Assembly: GCA_030167865.1 (NCBI GenBank)
Contig: JALAGF010006708.1
Span: 1 to 62,933, forward strand
Reading direction: 5' to 3'
DNA: 62,933 nt
Source of the DNA: Craspedostauros australis
Taxonomy: Eukaryota
The notes under the pieces were generated by a model. It ran no database searches. It saw only the letters and a list, made by a program, of their open reading frames with translations, and had not been told where the DNA came from. This document shows positions 9,929-21,699 of the stretch, in pieces (position 1 is the first letter of the stretch; each line of letters opens with the position of its first letter). A program made the position numbers and the translations under genes.

Positions 9929-11515
9929 ATGAGCGTCGAGTCGGATCGTCCATCTTCCATTCCGATGGACAAGCACGCCGACGATCGCAGCAGTGGCATC
10001 GCGATTCCGATCCGATTCCTCATCCCTTGCTTCGTCATTTGCACCTGCATCAAGATCTTGCTGGTGTTGCCCACCTACCGATCAACCGATTTCGATGTGC
10101 ACCGCAATTGGCTGGCCGTGACGAAGCAACTTCCGTTGTCGCAATGGTACTACGATGATATCAACGGCACGACAGTGCACACGTTGGACTATCCACCCAA
10201 TTTCGCCTACTTTGAGTGGATGCTTTCGCATCTGCCAAACGTGATGGGCGAGGGCGAGCGTTGCTTCGAACGGCTGCCGGATGCTGACAACGCACCATCC
10301 GATGATTGCGTCGTCTTTCAACGCACGACGGTGATCATCAGCGACATCGTCCTGTGGATCGGTGCTGCGGTGGCGTGTTCGGCGCTGTCCAAGTCATTTC
10401 GCGTGACGCCATTCCTATTGATCGTCTTCAACCCAGGTCTACTTTGGTTGGACCATATCCATTTTCAATACAACGGAATGATGCTGGGGATACTCTTGTT
10501 CAGTTTGGGATTGCTATTGCACCATGCTAACGACAACGGCGACAGCAACATCAGCAACAGCAGCGGCAATTGCAACATCTACCCGTTGGGCGGCGCCATT
10601 GCGTATGCCACCTTGCTCAATTTCAAGCACTTGTACTTGCCGTTGGCGCCGTTGTACTTTCTCCATCTATGGACAAAGTACTGCATGACGCAAGATAGTC
10701 GCATGCGATGGACGAACTTGATGGTGCTGGGAATCGTCACACTTGCCACGCTCGTCGTGCCATGGATCCCGTTCGTGTGGGTGGACGGCACGCGGCAAAT
10801 CGAGCAAATATTGAAACGGCTGTTTCCGTTCCAACGCGGTTTGGTCCATGATTATTGGGCAGCCAACGTCTGGGCGTTGTATCAATTGGCGGACAAGGTA
10901 TACACCTTCGTGCAGCGCAGGTCGTCGTCGTCAGATATACAAGAGCTTCCGGATGTGCCACCCCTCGTGTGCGCGGGACTGTTGTTCGTATCCTTGCTGC
11001 CTGCATTGATCCAGAATGCGACAACACGCAGGGCCAATACGAAGCTATTGCAATCGGTCGTGTATTGTTCCATGTGCGCCTTCATGCTGGCATATCATGT
11101 TCATGAAAAGGCCATTATGACAGCGATGATCCCATTGGCGTTGTTGACGACGCCATCGTCGGCGATGGTGGAAACATCGTCATCACAACAATTCATGAAC
11201 CTGTTATTTTGGCAGGTCTCCTTGTGGGGTCTGGTGGGATTGCTTCCGCTGCTTTTCGACAGCTACGAACTGGCTTTCAAGTTATCCTCATTCGTGACGT
11301 ACATGGTGATGTCGACCATCACTTTGTCAGTCTCGAGAGCAGGACGCATGCTTCAACTCCTGTCGACGTGTGTCGCCTGTTTGGTGATCATCATGTTGGA
11401 ATTCGTTACCATTCGGAATGGTTTGGAATTCATGCCGCTTATGGTGACCTCCACGGTTTGCGCAGTAGGGTTGGTGGCTTGTTGGATCTCATCGCTGTAC
11501 GTCCTGTTGACGTGA
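9929..11515 (+). CDS. ALG8: Dolichyl-PP-Glc1Man9GlcNAc2 alpha-1,3-glucosyltransferase (ALG6/ALG8 family)
   Basis: YRSTDFDVHRNWLA, TLDYPP, DHIHFQYNG, NFKHLY, RLFPFQRGLVHDYWA, YHVHEKA; multiple TM segments. First in-frame ATG is 9929 (9966 is an alternative). Confidence 0.92.
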   Translation: MSVESDRPSSIPMDKHADDRSSGIAIPIRFLIPCFVICTCIKILLVLPTYRSTDFDVHRNWLAVTKQLPLSQWYYDDINGTTVHTLDYPPNFAYFEWMLSHLPNVMGEGERCFERLPDADNAPSDDCVVFQRTTVIISDIVLWIGAAVACSALSKSFRVTPFLLIVFNPGLLWLDHIHFQYNGMMLGILLFSLGLLLHHANDNGDSNISNSSGNCNIYPLGGAIAYATLLNFKHLYLPLAPLYFLHLWTKYCMTQDSRMRWTNLMVLGIVTLATLVVPWIPFVWVDGTRQIEQILKRLFPFQRGLVHDYWAANVWALYQLADKVYTFVQRRSSSSDIQELPDVPPLVCAGLLFVSLLPALIQNATTRRANTKLLQSVVYCSMCAFMLAYHVHEKAIMTAMIPLALLTTPSSAMVETSSSQQFMNLLFWQVSLWGLVGLLPLLFDSYELAFKLSSFVTYMVMSTITLSVSRAGRMLQLLSTCVACLVIIMLEFVTIRNGLEFMPLMVTSTVCAVGLVACWISSLYVLLT

Positions 11516-11728
11516 TTCGAGATGGGGCGAACTCTCCACATCCCTGCGGTTCCCATTCGAATAGGGAATGGGAAACAGATTTGCAGGCCATACGTACTCG
11601 GAGAGAGGTAACATGACATACTATTCACATCATACTATACTTGCTGAAAATGTACACGTATTGGGCTTCTGTTGGCACTCAGTTGGCGGCGATTCGTTGG
11701 GATTCTGCGTTGGGGATGCGGTCGAAAC

Positions 11729-13523
11729 CTAGCCGGATGATGCCTTGTCGCCCTTTGCGTCCACATCGGTCTGATCGCTCTGCGTGGCTTCATCCTTGTT
11801 GCTTTCATCGCGCTCGGTTTGCTCCTGCTTTTCGCCATCGGATTCGGCGTCAGCTTCAGCACCATCTTGTTCTTGTGTGTCGTTGACTTCCGTCGACTCC
11901 TTCTCGCTCGCGCCATCCTTGGTTTCAGCTTCAGAATCATCTTGTTCTTGTGTGTCGTTGACTTCCGTTGATTCCTTCTCGCCCGCACCCTCCTTGGTTT
12001 CTGCTTCAGCGCTGGCGTCATCTTGCGCCTTTGTTTCCGCGGCATCATCTTCCGTTGATTCCCTGTCAGAATTGGTGTCTTGATTGGCAGGAGACTCCTC
12101 CTCAGGCGCTGGCGACTCTGATGCAGGTGCTTCTTCAGTGACCGCCGCTGCGGCCGTCTCTTCGTCTTCTTCGTTCGCAGGTTCTTCAGCTTGCTGTGCA
12201 GATCGCGCCGCCACTTGCTCTTGTATGCGTGCCTCGACGGCAGATTGGGCACCAGCGAAGTGATCGAGACGCCTCAACCGTTCGACCCGCTTCGCTCCCA
12301 GGGTCACCACCGCCTCCTCACGGAATTGGTCGGGTTGGATCATGAACTTGCGGCAGAAGGGGCAATGATCATGTCCCTTGGTCATCCATTCCATACAGCA
12401 ATTAAAGTGGAACATGTGCTCGCAGGTTGTTCCCGACATGATCTTCTCACCGTGTTCTGTGGTGGCAAATGCGTTCGATGAAATATGACGCGATGCCATG
12501 TGTTGGAGGCAAGGATGGCATGTATGTGGAAGCGCACGAAGCAATGTGACAGCCATATGAGTGAAGACAAAGCTCAGCAGTTCAAACACAGTGTTGGTCG
12601 TGAAAGCAATTGCAATCTCATGAAAACAACAACAACAACAACGACGGCAACAACGACGACGACGTACCGTATTCCGTGAGGCAGATGGCACAGGTGCCAT
12701 CAACGTGTTCCATATCCGCTAACTCTTCAAGCTCTTTATCCAATTGACGTTGCGATGGTTGCTTTTGCACTGGGGCGGGCTCCTCGGTGTTTGTTTGCGC
12801 TTCCACGTCTTCCTCCGTGGCCGCTGCCTTGTTAATCTCCGTGAGCTCCACCTCTTGGGTGGCCGCGGCTTTGACGTTCAATGATCGGCTGCTGTTGATC
12901 CTGTCGATGATGTGTCGCGAACTAGCGTTGCTAGAGTTGCGACGTTGGGTCAATCGTCGACGGCTTGCGGTGGCCTTTGGCTTTTGATCCAATGCATCCT
13001 CGTCAGCTGCCTTGCTGGAGTCTTTAGCATCAGCAGATGGAGGCGCACCTTCGTAAGTCTTGGCGGCCGCCGTGAAGAATTTTTGCAAGACTTGGACGCG
13101 CTCCTCCGGCTTGATGGTGGACAGACCCGCCTTGCGAGCCAACTGACTGGATGTGAGACGGAACTCCATCTCCTCGCCGGACAAGGCAAGGTCGTCCCCG
13201 AAGCAGTTGCAATACTTGTCCATGATGTTGGCGAGGATGTACGTGCTGGTGACGATGGCTACGACGACGACCGAACCGCTGAGGAAGTAGTACAGGATGT
13301 TCATGAGGTCGATATCCTCGAAGGATCCGTCTCCTCGGTTCTCGTCGATCGGGTCCGGTGTTTGGCCGGAGTCGCCGGAGTCGCTGGTTCCGTCTTGGAG
13401 ATGACGGAGATGGCGGGATGGCTGCGATGCTGTGGCTGCCGTCGCGACATCCATCGCGAATGACGCCATGAGCGCCGCCATGCAGCACGCCTTGACCAAG
13501 TAACTCATCATTGTCTGTTTCAT
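11729..13523 (-). CDS. Signal peptide + single-TM RING-H2 E3 ubiquitin ligase with acidic tail, 2 exons
   Basis: Exons 13523-12668 and 12456-11729. Splicing rebuilds CAICLTEYEHGEKIMSGTTCEHMFHFNCCMEWMTKGHDHCPFCR (C3H2C3). Confidence 0.88.
11863..12012 (-). repeat. Two-copy 75-bp coding tandem repeat in the RING protein tail
   Basis: AETKEGAGEKESTEVNDTQEQDD and AETKDGASEKESTEVNDTQEQDG; the DNA copies start 75 nt apart (11863, 11938). Confidence 0.8.
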
Positions 13524-13805
13524 TGCTGCGTTTGTGTTTCTCGTGGATATCGTTGCGACTGAAGTGCTCGGGAAGTATTGTCTAATATGAAATTATATCA
13601 TGTGCGACCGCAGTGGAGGCCACCTGCAACAATGAAAGTACGAGAATTCCAAGAGGAACATTCAAGGAAAGTGGAGAGAATTGGTGCAGGCGTGAACAAG
13701 TGGACGGATGGCAAAGAGGATGAAGAAATGATTGGACGAATGTGTGTGAGAATGATGGTCGGCCTTTGCAGAGAAGGATGCAAGTCGTGTGTCAGGTCGG
13801 AAGCA

Positions 13806-13840
13806 TAGATAGAGATGGATAGATAGATAGATAGATAGAG
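13806..13840. repeat. (GATA)n microsatellite
   Basis: tagatagagatggatagatagatagatagatagag. Confidence 0.8.
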
Positions 13841-15136
13841 AGGTCCAGCAATGTGGTCGTCGTCATCGGCGATAAATAATGTGTGGTCTGCGCCTCCATC
13901 AAAGTAGACTTCGCATTGTTGCGTTCGTATTCGTGGGTGCTGCGCTGCGGCGAGGGTTGTCAAGTCGAAGGCACTGCCATGACCATGATGCCGCCATGAT
14001 ACCACCATCAAGAACCGCCGTCACTTGCGAAGTCGTCCAAATCGAATGCCAACCCCGATTCTTCCTTTGCTGCTCTTGTTCTTGTTGCTTCCTCTTGTTC
14101 CTGCTCCTGCTCTCGACAGTCATGCGATCACGGCAGCGGCGACACCATCACCATCTCATTCCGCATCCGCATACGCTTGCTCCATGCTCATACACAGCCC
14201 ACATGGCTGCCACTGTTGCACACCAAGAAAACATGAACACTCACGATTTGACCAACAAACGGATAGCTCGCACACGCAGGAACTGACTCTCGGTTTTGTG
14301 AGACGATCGATCAAATCCAAAGCCTCCGCCAATTCTGTCGGTTTCATGTTCTTCCCCATTGCCACACACCAACGTCACGTCAATTCACCTCTTCCCATCA
14401 TGTGTTGTCACACCATCTCCGCATGAACGCGCAGATCGGATTCGTACGACATCCAGCCCCACCGAACCCTCCACCAATTGCGCCGCAGACCGGTTCGACG
14501 AAAACAACGCAGGTCTCCCATGTTCTGGAGGGAGCAACCTCTCTGGCGCACTTTGTGTCATGTCACTTTCCCGCCCACGCGGTTGGCAACTGCTTCCGAC
14601 ACATCGCCAGAACTTTGCGTTGTTGCCATTTCCTTCGTGTTCTTGCGCGTTTCGTGAATTTGGCAAGATTGAACTCTGTGTCATCGCGTCAGTCGGTCAT
14701 CAACGATTGTGTTCTTTGCTCAAGCCATTTTCAGATCGGGACTTGGCTCAAGTCCAATCTTGTTACGTACACTTGATCGGCGGAATCGACAGCAACATAA
14801 GGACTAATCAAGTATTTGATCGCATCTTGATGCAAGGTGCAGTTGGGCATCTGTTGGGACACGATGACCTTAGTTACAGACCAGTGGGGAACATGTTCGG
14901 CGCGTGGCACATGACCAAGAAAAGAGAATGCAATCCATCAGTTTGGGTGAAAACGCCACGCACCGACCACAACAGAGAGACACCACAGATCCACCACAGG
15001 AACAAGAGAGAGAGAGAGCAGCGATCGGTGGATTCGCATCACATCCCATCACCGGATCCACAAATCCACACACAACGCAGAGTGCCGCAGATAGCATCAA
15101 CACAAAACAACAGTATCCACCAAGATCGTCCTCACC

Positions 15137-17768
15137 ATGTTGCGCAAAGCCATCGCGTCGCCCTTCCTGATGCGGTCCGTCAACCGCTTGTCGGCACGTG
15201 GACCATCGCCGCTCGTGGCGCGATTCTCCACGGACATCGCCATGCCGGAACCGCCCACGTCGAATCATGTTCATATTCCTGCTGCCAATGCGCAGGGATC
15301 CATCATTTACACCGAAACCGATGAAGCACCGGCGTTGGCGACCTACTGTCTCTATCCCATCGTGTCCAAGGTATGTTTTGCGCTGTGTTGTATAATATTA
15401 TAGCACGGAGTTGAACAGATAGATTGATTGATTGGAATGGAATGGAATGGAATGGGATGGACCAATGGTTACTCTATGTTGCTTCGGGAATGATCTGTGT
15501 TCTTCTGCACGTGCAGTCGCGCTGCAATCAAGAAGCTATTGATCATGCTCACTTGCTTCCCCACTCACACACACACTCACACACTCACTCACATACTCAT
15601 CCACATACTCACACACCACAATCCAGTTTGGAGCAGCAGCAAACATCGACATTGTGCCATGTGACATCAGCTTGGCGGGACGCGTGCTCGCGCTGTTCCC
15701 AGAGTCCTTGAAGGAATCGCAGCGCGTTCCTGATAACCTCGCTTACCTTGGTGACTTGTCCAAGACCCCGGATGCCAATATCATCAAGCTGCCCAACATT
15801 TCCGCGCCATTGAACCAGCTGCAGGACTGCATCGCAGAACTGCGCGGCAAGGGCTACGACGTGCCGCTCTTCCCCAAGGAACCAAAGACGGAAGAGGAGG
15901 CGGAGATCCAGGCGAAGTACCAGACCGTCATGGGATCCGCCGTCAACCCCGTGCTGCGAGAGGGCAACTCCGATCGTCGCGTGGCAAAGCCCGTCAAGGC
16001 CTACGCCCAAAAGAACCCGCATCGTCTCGGCATTTGGTCCAAGGCATCTCGCACCCACGTTGCGCACATGACGAAGGGAGACTTCTACGGATCGGAGCAA
16101 TCTGCGACGATGAAGGAGGCGACCGACGTTGCCATCGAATTCACACCAAAAGGAACGAAGGGCGAACCACCCCAGGTCCTCAAGGAGAGCGTCGTGCTGG
16201 AGAAGGACGAAGTCATCGACGCAGGCAGCATCTCCATCACGGAGCTATGCAAGTTCTTTGAGAACGAAATCACCGACGCAGGCGAGACCGAGCTCCTTCT
16301 CAGCTTGCACCTGAAGGCGACCATGATGAAGGTCAGCGATCCCATCATGTTCGGGCACTGTATCCGCGTCTTCTTCAAGGACGCCTTCGAGAAGCACGGC
16401 GACACGCTGGAAGAAATTGGCGCAAATCCCAACCAGGGTCTTGCCAGCGTCTTCGAACGCGTCAGCAAGAAGTGCGACGGTGAAAAGGCGAAGGAGATCC
16501 TGGCAGACTTCGATGCCTGCTACGAGACACGACCGTGGCTCGCCATGGTCAACAGCGACAAGGGCATCACCAACCTGCATGCCCCCAACGACATCATCAT
16601 CGACGCATCCATGCCGGTCGTCATCCGCGACTCGGGCAAGATGTGGAACAAGCTCAACGAGCTGGAGGACTGCAAGTGCATCATCCCCGATCGCTCCTAC
16701 GCCACGATCTACCAGGAGGTCATCAACTATGTCAAGACCAACGGCCAGTTCGACGTTGCCACCATGGGCAATGTCGCCAACGTCGGTCTCATGGCCCGAA
16801 AGGCCGAGGAGTACGGCTCTCACGACAAGACCTTCGAGATGGAGGAGGCTGGAACCGTCACGGTGAGGGACAAGAACACTGACGAGGTGTACTTCACTCA
16901 CAGCGTCGGCAAGGGCGACATCTGGAGAATGTGCCAGACCAAGGATGAGCCCATCCGCGATTGGGTCAGATTGGCGGTTTCGCGTGCCCGGCAGACTGGG
17001 GACCGTGCCATCTTCTGGCTCGACAAGAACCGCGCTCACGACGCATCTCTCATCGAGAAGGTCAACACGTACCTCAAGGACCACGACCTGTCTGGCGTGG
17101 ACATCAGCATCATGCGTCCAGTCGACGCCATGCGCGTCAGCATGGAACGTGCCACCGAAGGCAAGGACACCATCTCCGTCACGGGCAACGTGCTGCGCGA
17201 CTACCTCACCGATCTCTTCCCCATCCTCGAGCTCGGCACATCCGCCAAGATGCTCTCCATCGTCCCGCTCTTGGCCGGTGGCGGGCTGTACGAAACCGGC
17301 GCCGGCGGATCTGCTCCGAAGCACGTGGAGCAATTCGTCAAGGAAGGTCACTTGCGATGGGACAGTCTGGGCGAGTACTTGGCGCTTGCTGTCGCGTTCG
17401 AGAATCTTGGCAAGACATCGGGAAATCCAAAGGCTACGATGCTCGGCGAGTGCCTCAACGAGGCCGTCGGTCGCATCCTGAAGAACCGTCGCAGCCCATC
17501 CCGCGCCGTGAACCAGATCGACAACCGCGCAACCAGCTTCTACGTCACGCTGTACTGGGCAGATGTGCTGTCGCAGCAGGACCCCACCTACCAGCCCTTG
17601 TTCGACAAGCTCTCGGAAGCACGGTCTGACATTATCGAAGAATTCAAGACTTGCCAGGGCGAACCCGTGGACCTTGGCGGTTACTATCTGATGGATTCCG
17701 ACAGGGTGGCGACGGCCATGAATCCATCGCCAACACTCAGCAAGATCATGAGTGAATTCGGACCATGA
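15137..17768 (+). CDS. IDH: Monomeric (bacterial-type) NADP-dependent isocitrate dehydrogenase with mitochondrial-type presequence, 2 exons
   Basis: Exons 15137-15370 and 15627-17768. Motifs [70 protein letters not shown]. Arg/Ser-rich N-terminus [14 protein letters not shown]. Confidence 0.96.
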
Positions 17769-18303
17769 ATACAGACCATGAGTACGGACCTCGATCCCGA
17801 ACGACACGTAGGTAGGCAGCAGCGCTGCTCCCTGTAAAGTCAGGCGCAGAGAACTAAGAACAGCTCTATCCAATACCCTACCCTACCGATACAGTAGCCA
17901 CTATCATAATCGCGTGCATTTGTATGTGCATGAGTTTGCTCCAAGTTCTTCGAGCATGCACTGCCATCCTCCATAGAATCTGACTCAAATGGAAGAAGAA
18001 GCGCGCGTAGGGAGCATTCGCGAAACGAGCACATCATGCACATTGGTTTTCTTTGGGAGAAAAGGAGCAATTGATGCTGGGGCTCATTGGATTTGCTGAA
18101 AACTCTCATCTTAATTGATTGATCGATGGTAACTACTCGTGCTATGGCAGAGTATAACAGGACGGTATCAGAGCTGCGTTGGGCCATGGGCGCTTGAATG
18201 CGTTGCGAGACGGTTGGATACTTCATCATACGTGAGCAGATGTACAGGAGAGTAGACTTTCCTGTTCACGCACGATCGCACGCTGCACACAAGCCAAACA
18301 CGT

Positions 18304-20109
18304 CTATCTGCCTCTCAGATCCACATCAGCATTGCCATCGACCGTGGAGGTCTCATCATCGTCATCCGTCTCTTCGTTCTGCACTTCGCTGACGGACAGC
18401 AAGGAGGTCGATCGCAGCGGTGCCGACGATGACGATGTGCTGTGTACACGCGTGCGCGGTGGGGCGTTGGTTGGCGGCAAATTGGAAATGACACCGCCGG
18501 TCATGTGGGCATCGCCGTCCTGATCCGTCGCGCTGGCGTAGGAGTCGTTGCCGGCCGCCGCAACGTCGTGGTAGTTCTCGGCCATGGATTGCAGGTTGAT
18601 GGAGGAACGGCGGTGCTGCGAGATGACGTAGTTGCCGTCGTTGTCGTCCTCCGATTCGCTGGAGGAGTCAAAGTCGTTCCATTCCTCCTCGTCGTCGCTG
18701 TCGGACTCGTTGGGGTCGGGCGTGACGAGTCCCAGCTTGATTCGTTTGGCGATTTCGTTGTCGGAGAGGGAGCGCAGACTGAGGGAGTCGCGACGGTGCA
18801 CGTACTGGTTCTTGTAGGCGGGGCTGCGGTTGATGACCTGCAGCTTCTCGCCGTCGACCAGGATGCATCCCGCGAGGGCCTGCGATCCCTGGTTGTGATC
18901 CTTGGAGGTGGAGAAGACGGTGAAGACGCGCGCGCCCTTGCTGACGGCGACACCCTCGGCGTGGGCCTCGTGGGCGCGCATGATGTATGAGTATCCCTGC
19001 TGCTGCAGGAAGTCGGTGACGGCCTTGTTGCCGAAGCAGATGGCTCCGCCACCGCGCAGGGACTCGCCGAAGCCCGTGTCGGGATCGACGGAGTAGCGCT
19101 CCTGATCCTCGGAGGCCGGGTCGCTCCAGATGCAGTCGGACGCCACCTGCTGGCAGGCGTCGTCCTCGTGCTCGTAGGGCGGGTTGATGCCGGCGACCTT
19201 GGGTACGTTGAGGATGTCCTGGATGCGCGTGGAGTCCATGGCGACGGAGCGCGGTATGCCGCCGTGGACGCAGAAGATGTCCTGGTCGACGACGCCCGCG
19301 AGCGGCAGCCTGTCGAAGACCTGGTTGCAGGCCTCCCAGATCCTGTAGCCGATGTCATCGCCGAATCGATTGCGACACTGGAAGATGAAGGAGCGCTCCG
19401 CGTAGTGCTCCTCCCAGCCGTTGACGTCGCGCGTCTCGTGGTTGCCGCGCAGGAGGAACACCTTGTTGGGCAGCTGCAGCTTCATGGCGAGCAGGTAGGC
19501 GGTGACCTCGAGGCAGGACATGCCGCGGTCGACGTAGTCGCCCAGGAAGAGGAAGTTGCCGGCCGTGAGCGACATGCCGAGCCTCCAGATGTTGTCGGAG
19601 AAGAAGTGCAGGTCCTCGAGGTTGCCGTGGATGTCGCCGAAGATGTAGGCGGGGCTCTGCAGGAAGACCACCCTTGGCTCGCGCTCCAGCACGTGGCGCA
19701 CCTTCTGGCAGAGCTTGAAGAGGTCCTTGGCGAACTGGTGGCTGTTGAGGTAGTCGATGTGCGCCGACGGGCGCTGGAACATGTCCAGGATGCGCAGGGC
19801 CACGGGGTGCGTGGCGTACGCGCTCTCCACGGGCGGCAGGGAGGCCATGACCTGCTGCGTGCTGATGCTGGCGTTGCGGCCCATCCGCTCGCGTTCGGCG
19901 CGCAGAACGGGGCGCTTGCCGCGTCCCCCCTTCACCTGCTGGATGTGCACGGCGTGCGGCGACATCTGCCTGCGTTTGTTGCCCACGCTCTTGCTGGCAT
20001 GCTGCGCCGCCTCCAGCTGGTTGGTCAGAGACCGCACCTTCGATTGCAGCGCCGCCAGCTCCGCGTCTCTGCTCGTCAGCGCATGCTGGTCTCCTTGTTG
20101 GGATGACAT
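18304..20109 (-). CDS. PPP-family Ser/Thr protein phosphatase with N-terminal coiled coil and acidic tail
   Basis: GDIHG, GDYVDRG, LRGNHE, HGG, WSDP, RAHE motifs; single exon with strongly G/C-ending codons. Confidence 0.92.
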   Translation of the reverse strand: MSSQQGDQHALTSRDAELAALQSKVRSLTNQLEAAQHASKSVGNKRRQMSPHAVHIQQVKGGRGKRPVLRAERERMGRNASISTQQVMASLPPVESAYATHPVALRILDMFQRPSAHIDYLNSHQFAKDLFKLCQKVRHVLEREPRVVFLQSPAYIFGDIHGNLEDLHFFSDNIWRLGMSLTAGNFLFLGDYVDRGMSCLEVTAYLLAMKLQLPNKVFLLRGNHETRDVNGWEEHYAERSFIFQCRNRFGDDIGYRIWEACNQVFDRLPLAGVVDQDIFCVHGGIPRSVAMDSTRIQDILNVPKVAGINPPYEHEDDACQQVASDCIWSDPASEDQERYSVDPDTGFGESLRGGGAICFGNKAVTDFLQQQGYSYIMRAHEAHAEGVAVSKGARVFTVFSTSKDHNQGSQALAGCILVDGEKLQVINRSPAYKNQYVHRRDSLSLRSLSDNEIAKRIKLGLVTPDPNESDSDDEEEWNDFDSSSESEDDNDGNYVISQHRRSSINLQSMAENYHDVAAAGNDSYASATDQDGDAHMTGGVISNLPPTNAPPRTRVHSTSSSSAPLRSTSLLSVSEVQNEETDDDDETSTVDGNADVDLRGR

Positions 20110-20254
20110 CGTGCGATTGTTCTTATTTTATTACAGTGGAGTGGTCTATTGCGTTCAGTCGATACTGTTGCTGATACTGTTGCTGATACTGTTACTGATG
20201 GTCAATGTAGGTAGACTGCTTCACACCTTCTACTCTCTGACTTCCTCCACAGAC

Positions 20255-20352
20255 GCAGCTTCGATGGGTGCAACTTCGATGGGTGCAACTTCGATGGATG
20301 CAACTCAGATGCAACTTCGATGGATGCAACTCAGATGCAACTTCGATGGACG
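20255..20352. repeat. Minisatellite of 15-nt (GCAACTTCGATGGRT) and 11-nt (GCAACTCAGAT) units
   Basis: Five long and two short units read directly from the sequence; a 12-nt GATACTGTTGCT x3 repeat lies nearby at 20161-20196. Confidence 0.85.
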
Positions 20353-20895
20353 CAATGCACAAGCAAAGGCCAAACCTTCACGCCAACACACACACAACCA
20401 GAGAGTCCCTCAAAACCTGCTCAGCTGTCGTCCTCTGTTCAACCCACCACGCGAGGATCTTCGTTCGTGGAGTGTTGTCATTCTTGTGGCGTGTCGTTCT
20501 CGTGGTGGCCAATTTGTCGCTGTCGTGTTTGTGTGGCGCAACCGTTTCACGATGTGGAGGCAGCACCAAGGAGCAAAGACAATGACCAAGTCGATTCCTT
20601 CGATCAACTTTTCCCATCAATTACTTTTGTCAACGGATTCCAATATTCTGCTACTAGAGGCACGTGTGGGCCTGTTCGTCTTCCGTATAGTGTATGTCTG
20701 TTTGTGATTCACACCGTGTGTCTGTTTGACAAACGCATAGACAAATCAGCAAAGGATTCAATGTGGTCCAAACAGACAACCGCAATGGCGAAACCGAAAC
20801 AAGCCAAGCCACAAGAACACAAACACACACCGTTTCTTGCTTTCCGCAATACCATAGAATACTTTACGATTCGAAACATGCACAATCTTCCCACC

Positions 20896-21492
20896 ATGGC
20901 GAACACAGACAGCACGACGCCTTCAGCAGCGCCTTCAGCGGCGACTTCAGCATCGACGGAAGAATCGTCGACACAGTCCTACTACTACGACGGCACGAAC
21001 CCGGCGGCGCAACACCGATTGCTGCAGGTCGTCGTCGACGGCTGCCTCGACCGCATCACCGCAAAGGCGCAGCAACCACTGCAGCAGTTCCAACAGTCGC
21101 TGCCGCAGGACCCCGCCAGCGTGCGGGCACTGCCGTTCTACAACGCGGCGCTGTCCGCCATTCAACATCAGCGCGACCAATACCTGGTGGGACATGCGGC
21201 GCTGTCGTTCGATGCGACTGCCTTGGGACATGTGCAGCTCACGCGGTTGGGTGGGTGGTTCGTGCCATCGGCGACGGTCAAGTCGGCGCTGATGCCACTC
21301 GTGCTGCCGCTTCCCACGGGGGCCTTGTATGCGCCGGCCGTCAACGGCTTTGTCAGCACGATACCGTTGGCGCAGAACAGCCTCAACCGGGCCCTCAAGA
21401 GTTCCATGCTGTCCTTCATGGAGAATCCGAAATGGAGGGAGGTCATCAAGAATCGGACGAGGGGTTACGTGGTTGGCGGGGAGAATCCATAA
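20896..21492 (+). CDS. Hypothetical protein (~198 aa)
   Basis: ATG in CACCATGG context after an A/C-rich leader; coding-like codon usage; no family recognised. Confidence 0.6.
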   Translation: MANTDSTTPSAAPSAATSASTEESSTQSYYYDGTNPAAQHRLLQVVVDGCLDRITAKAQQPLQQFQQSLPQDPASVRALPFYNAALSAIQHQRDQYLVGHAALSFDATALGHVQLTRLGGWFVPSATVKSALMPLVLPLPTGALYAPAVNGFVSTIPLAQNSLNRALKSSMLSFMENPKWREVIKNRTRGYVVGGENP

Positions 21493-21699
21493 ATGAGTGC
21501 AGGCTGTTTCTAAGGCATTCGCACACATTACATGTTTCAAAGTTGCAGTCAGGATCGCATAGACTATTGTGCTCTACTCTTACTACACCATAGCATGCGG
21601 CGTGACGCGGAGCGTGTTCGAGGAGAGTCGAATAGTATGGACTCCAGCGACAGAGAAAGAGAGTGATAGGGGCGACGTTGAGTACCGTACACACCATTA

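Noticed and set aside
13560..15100. Several ORFs in the RING/IDH divergent intergenic region
   Set aside because: Low-complexity, microsatellite-containing promoter/UTR-like sequence with no protein motifs.
20255..20352. Possible CRISPR-like array
   Set aside because: Units are contiguous with no unique spacers, there are no cas genes, and the context is eukaryotic; it is a minisatellite.
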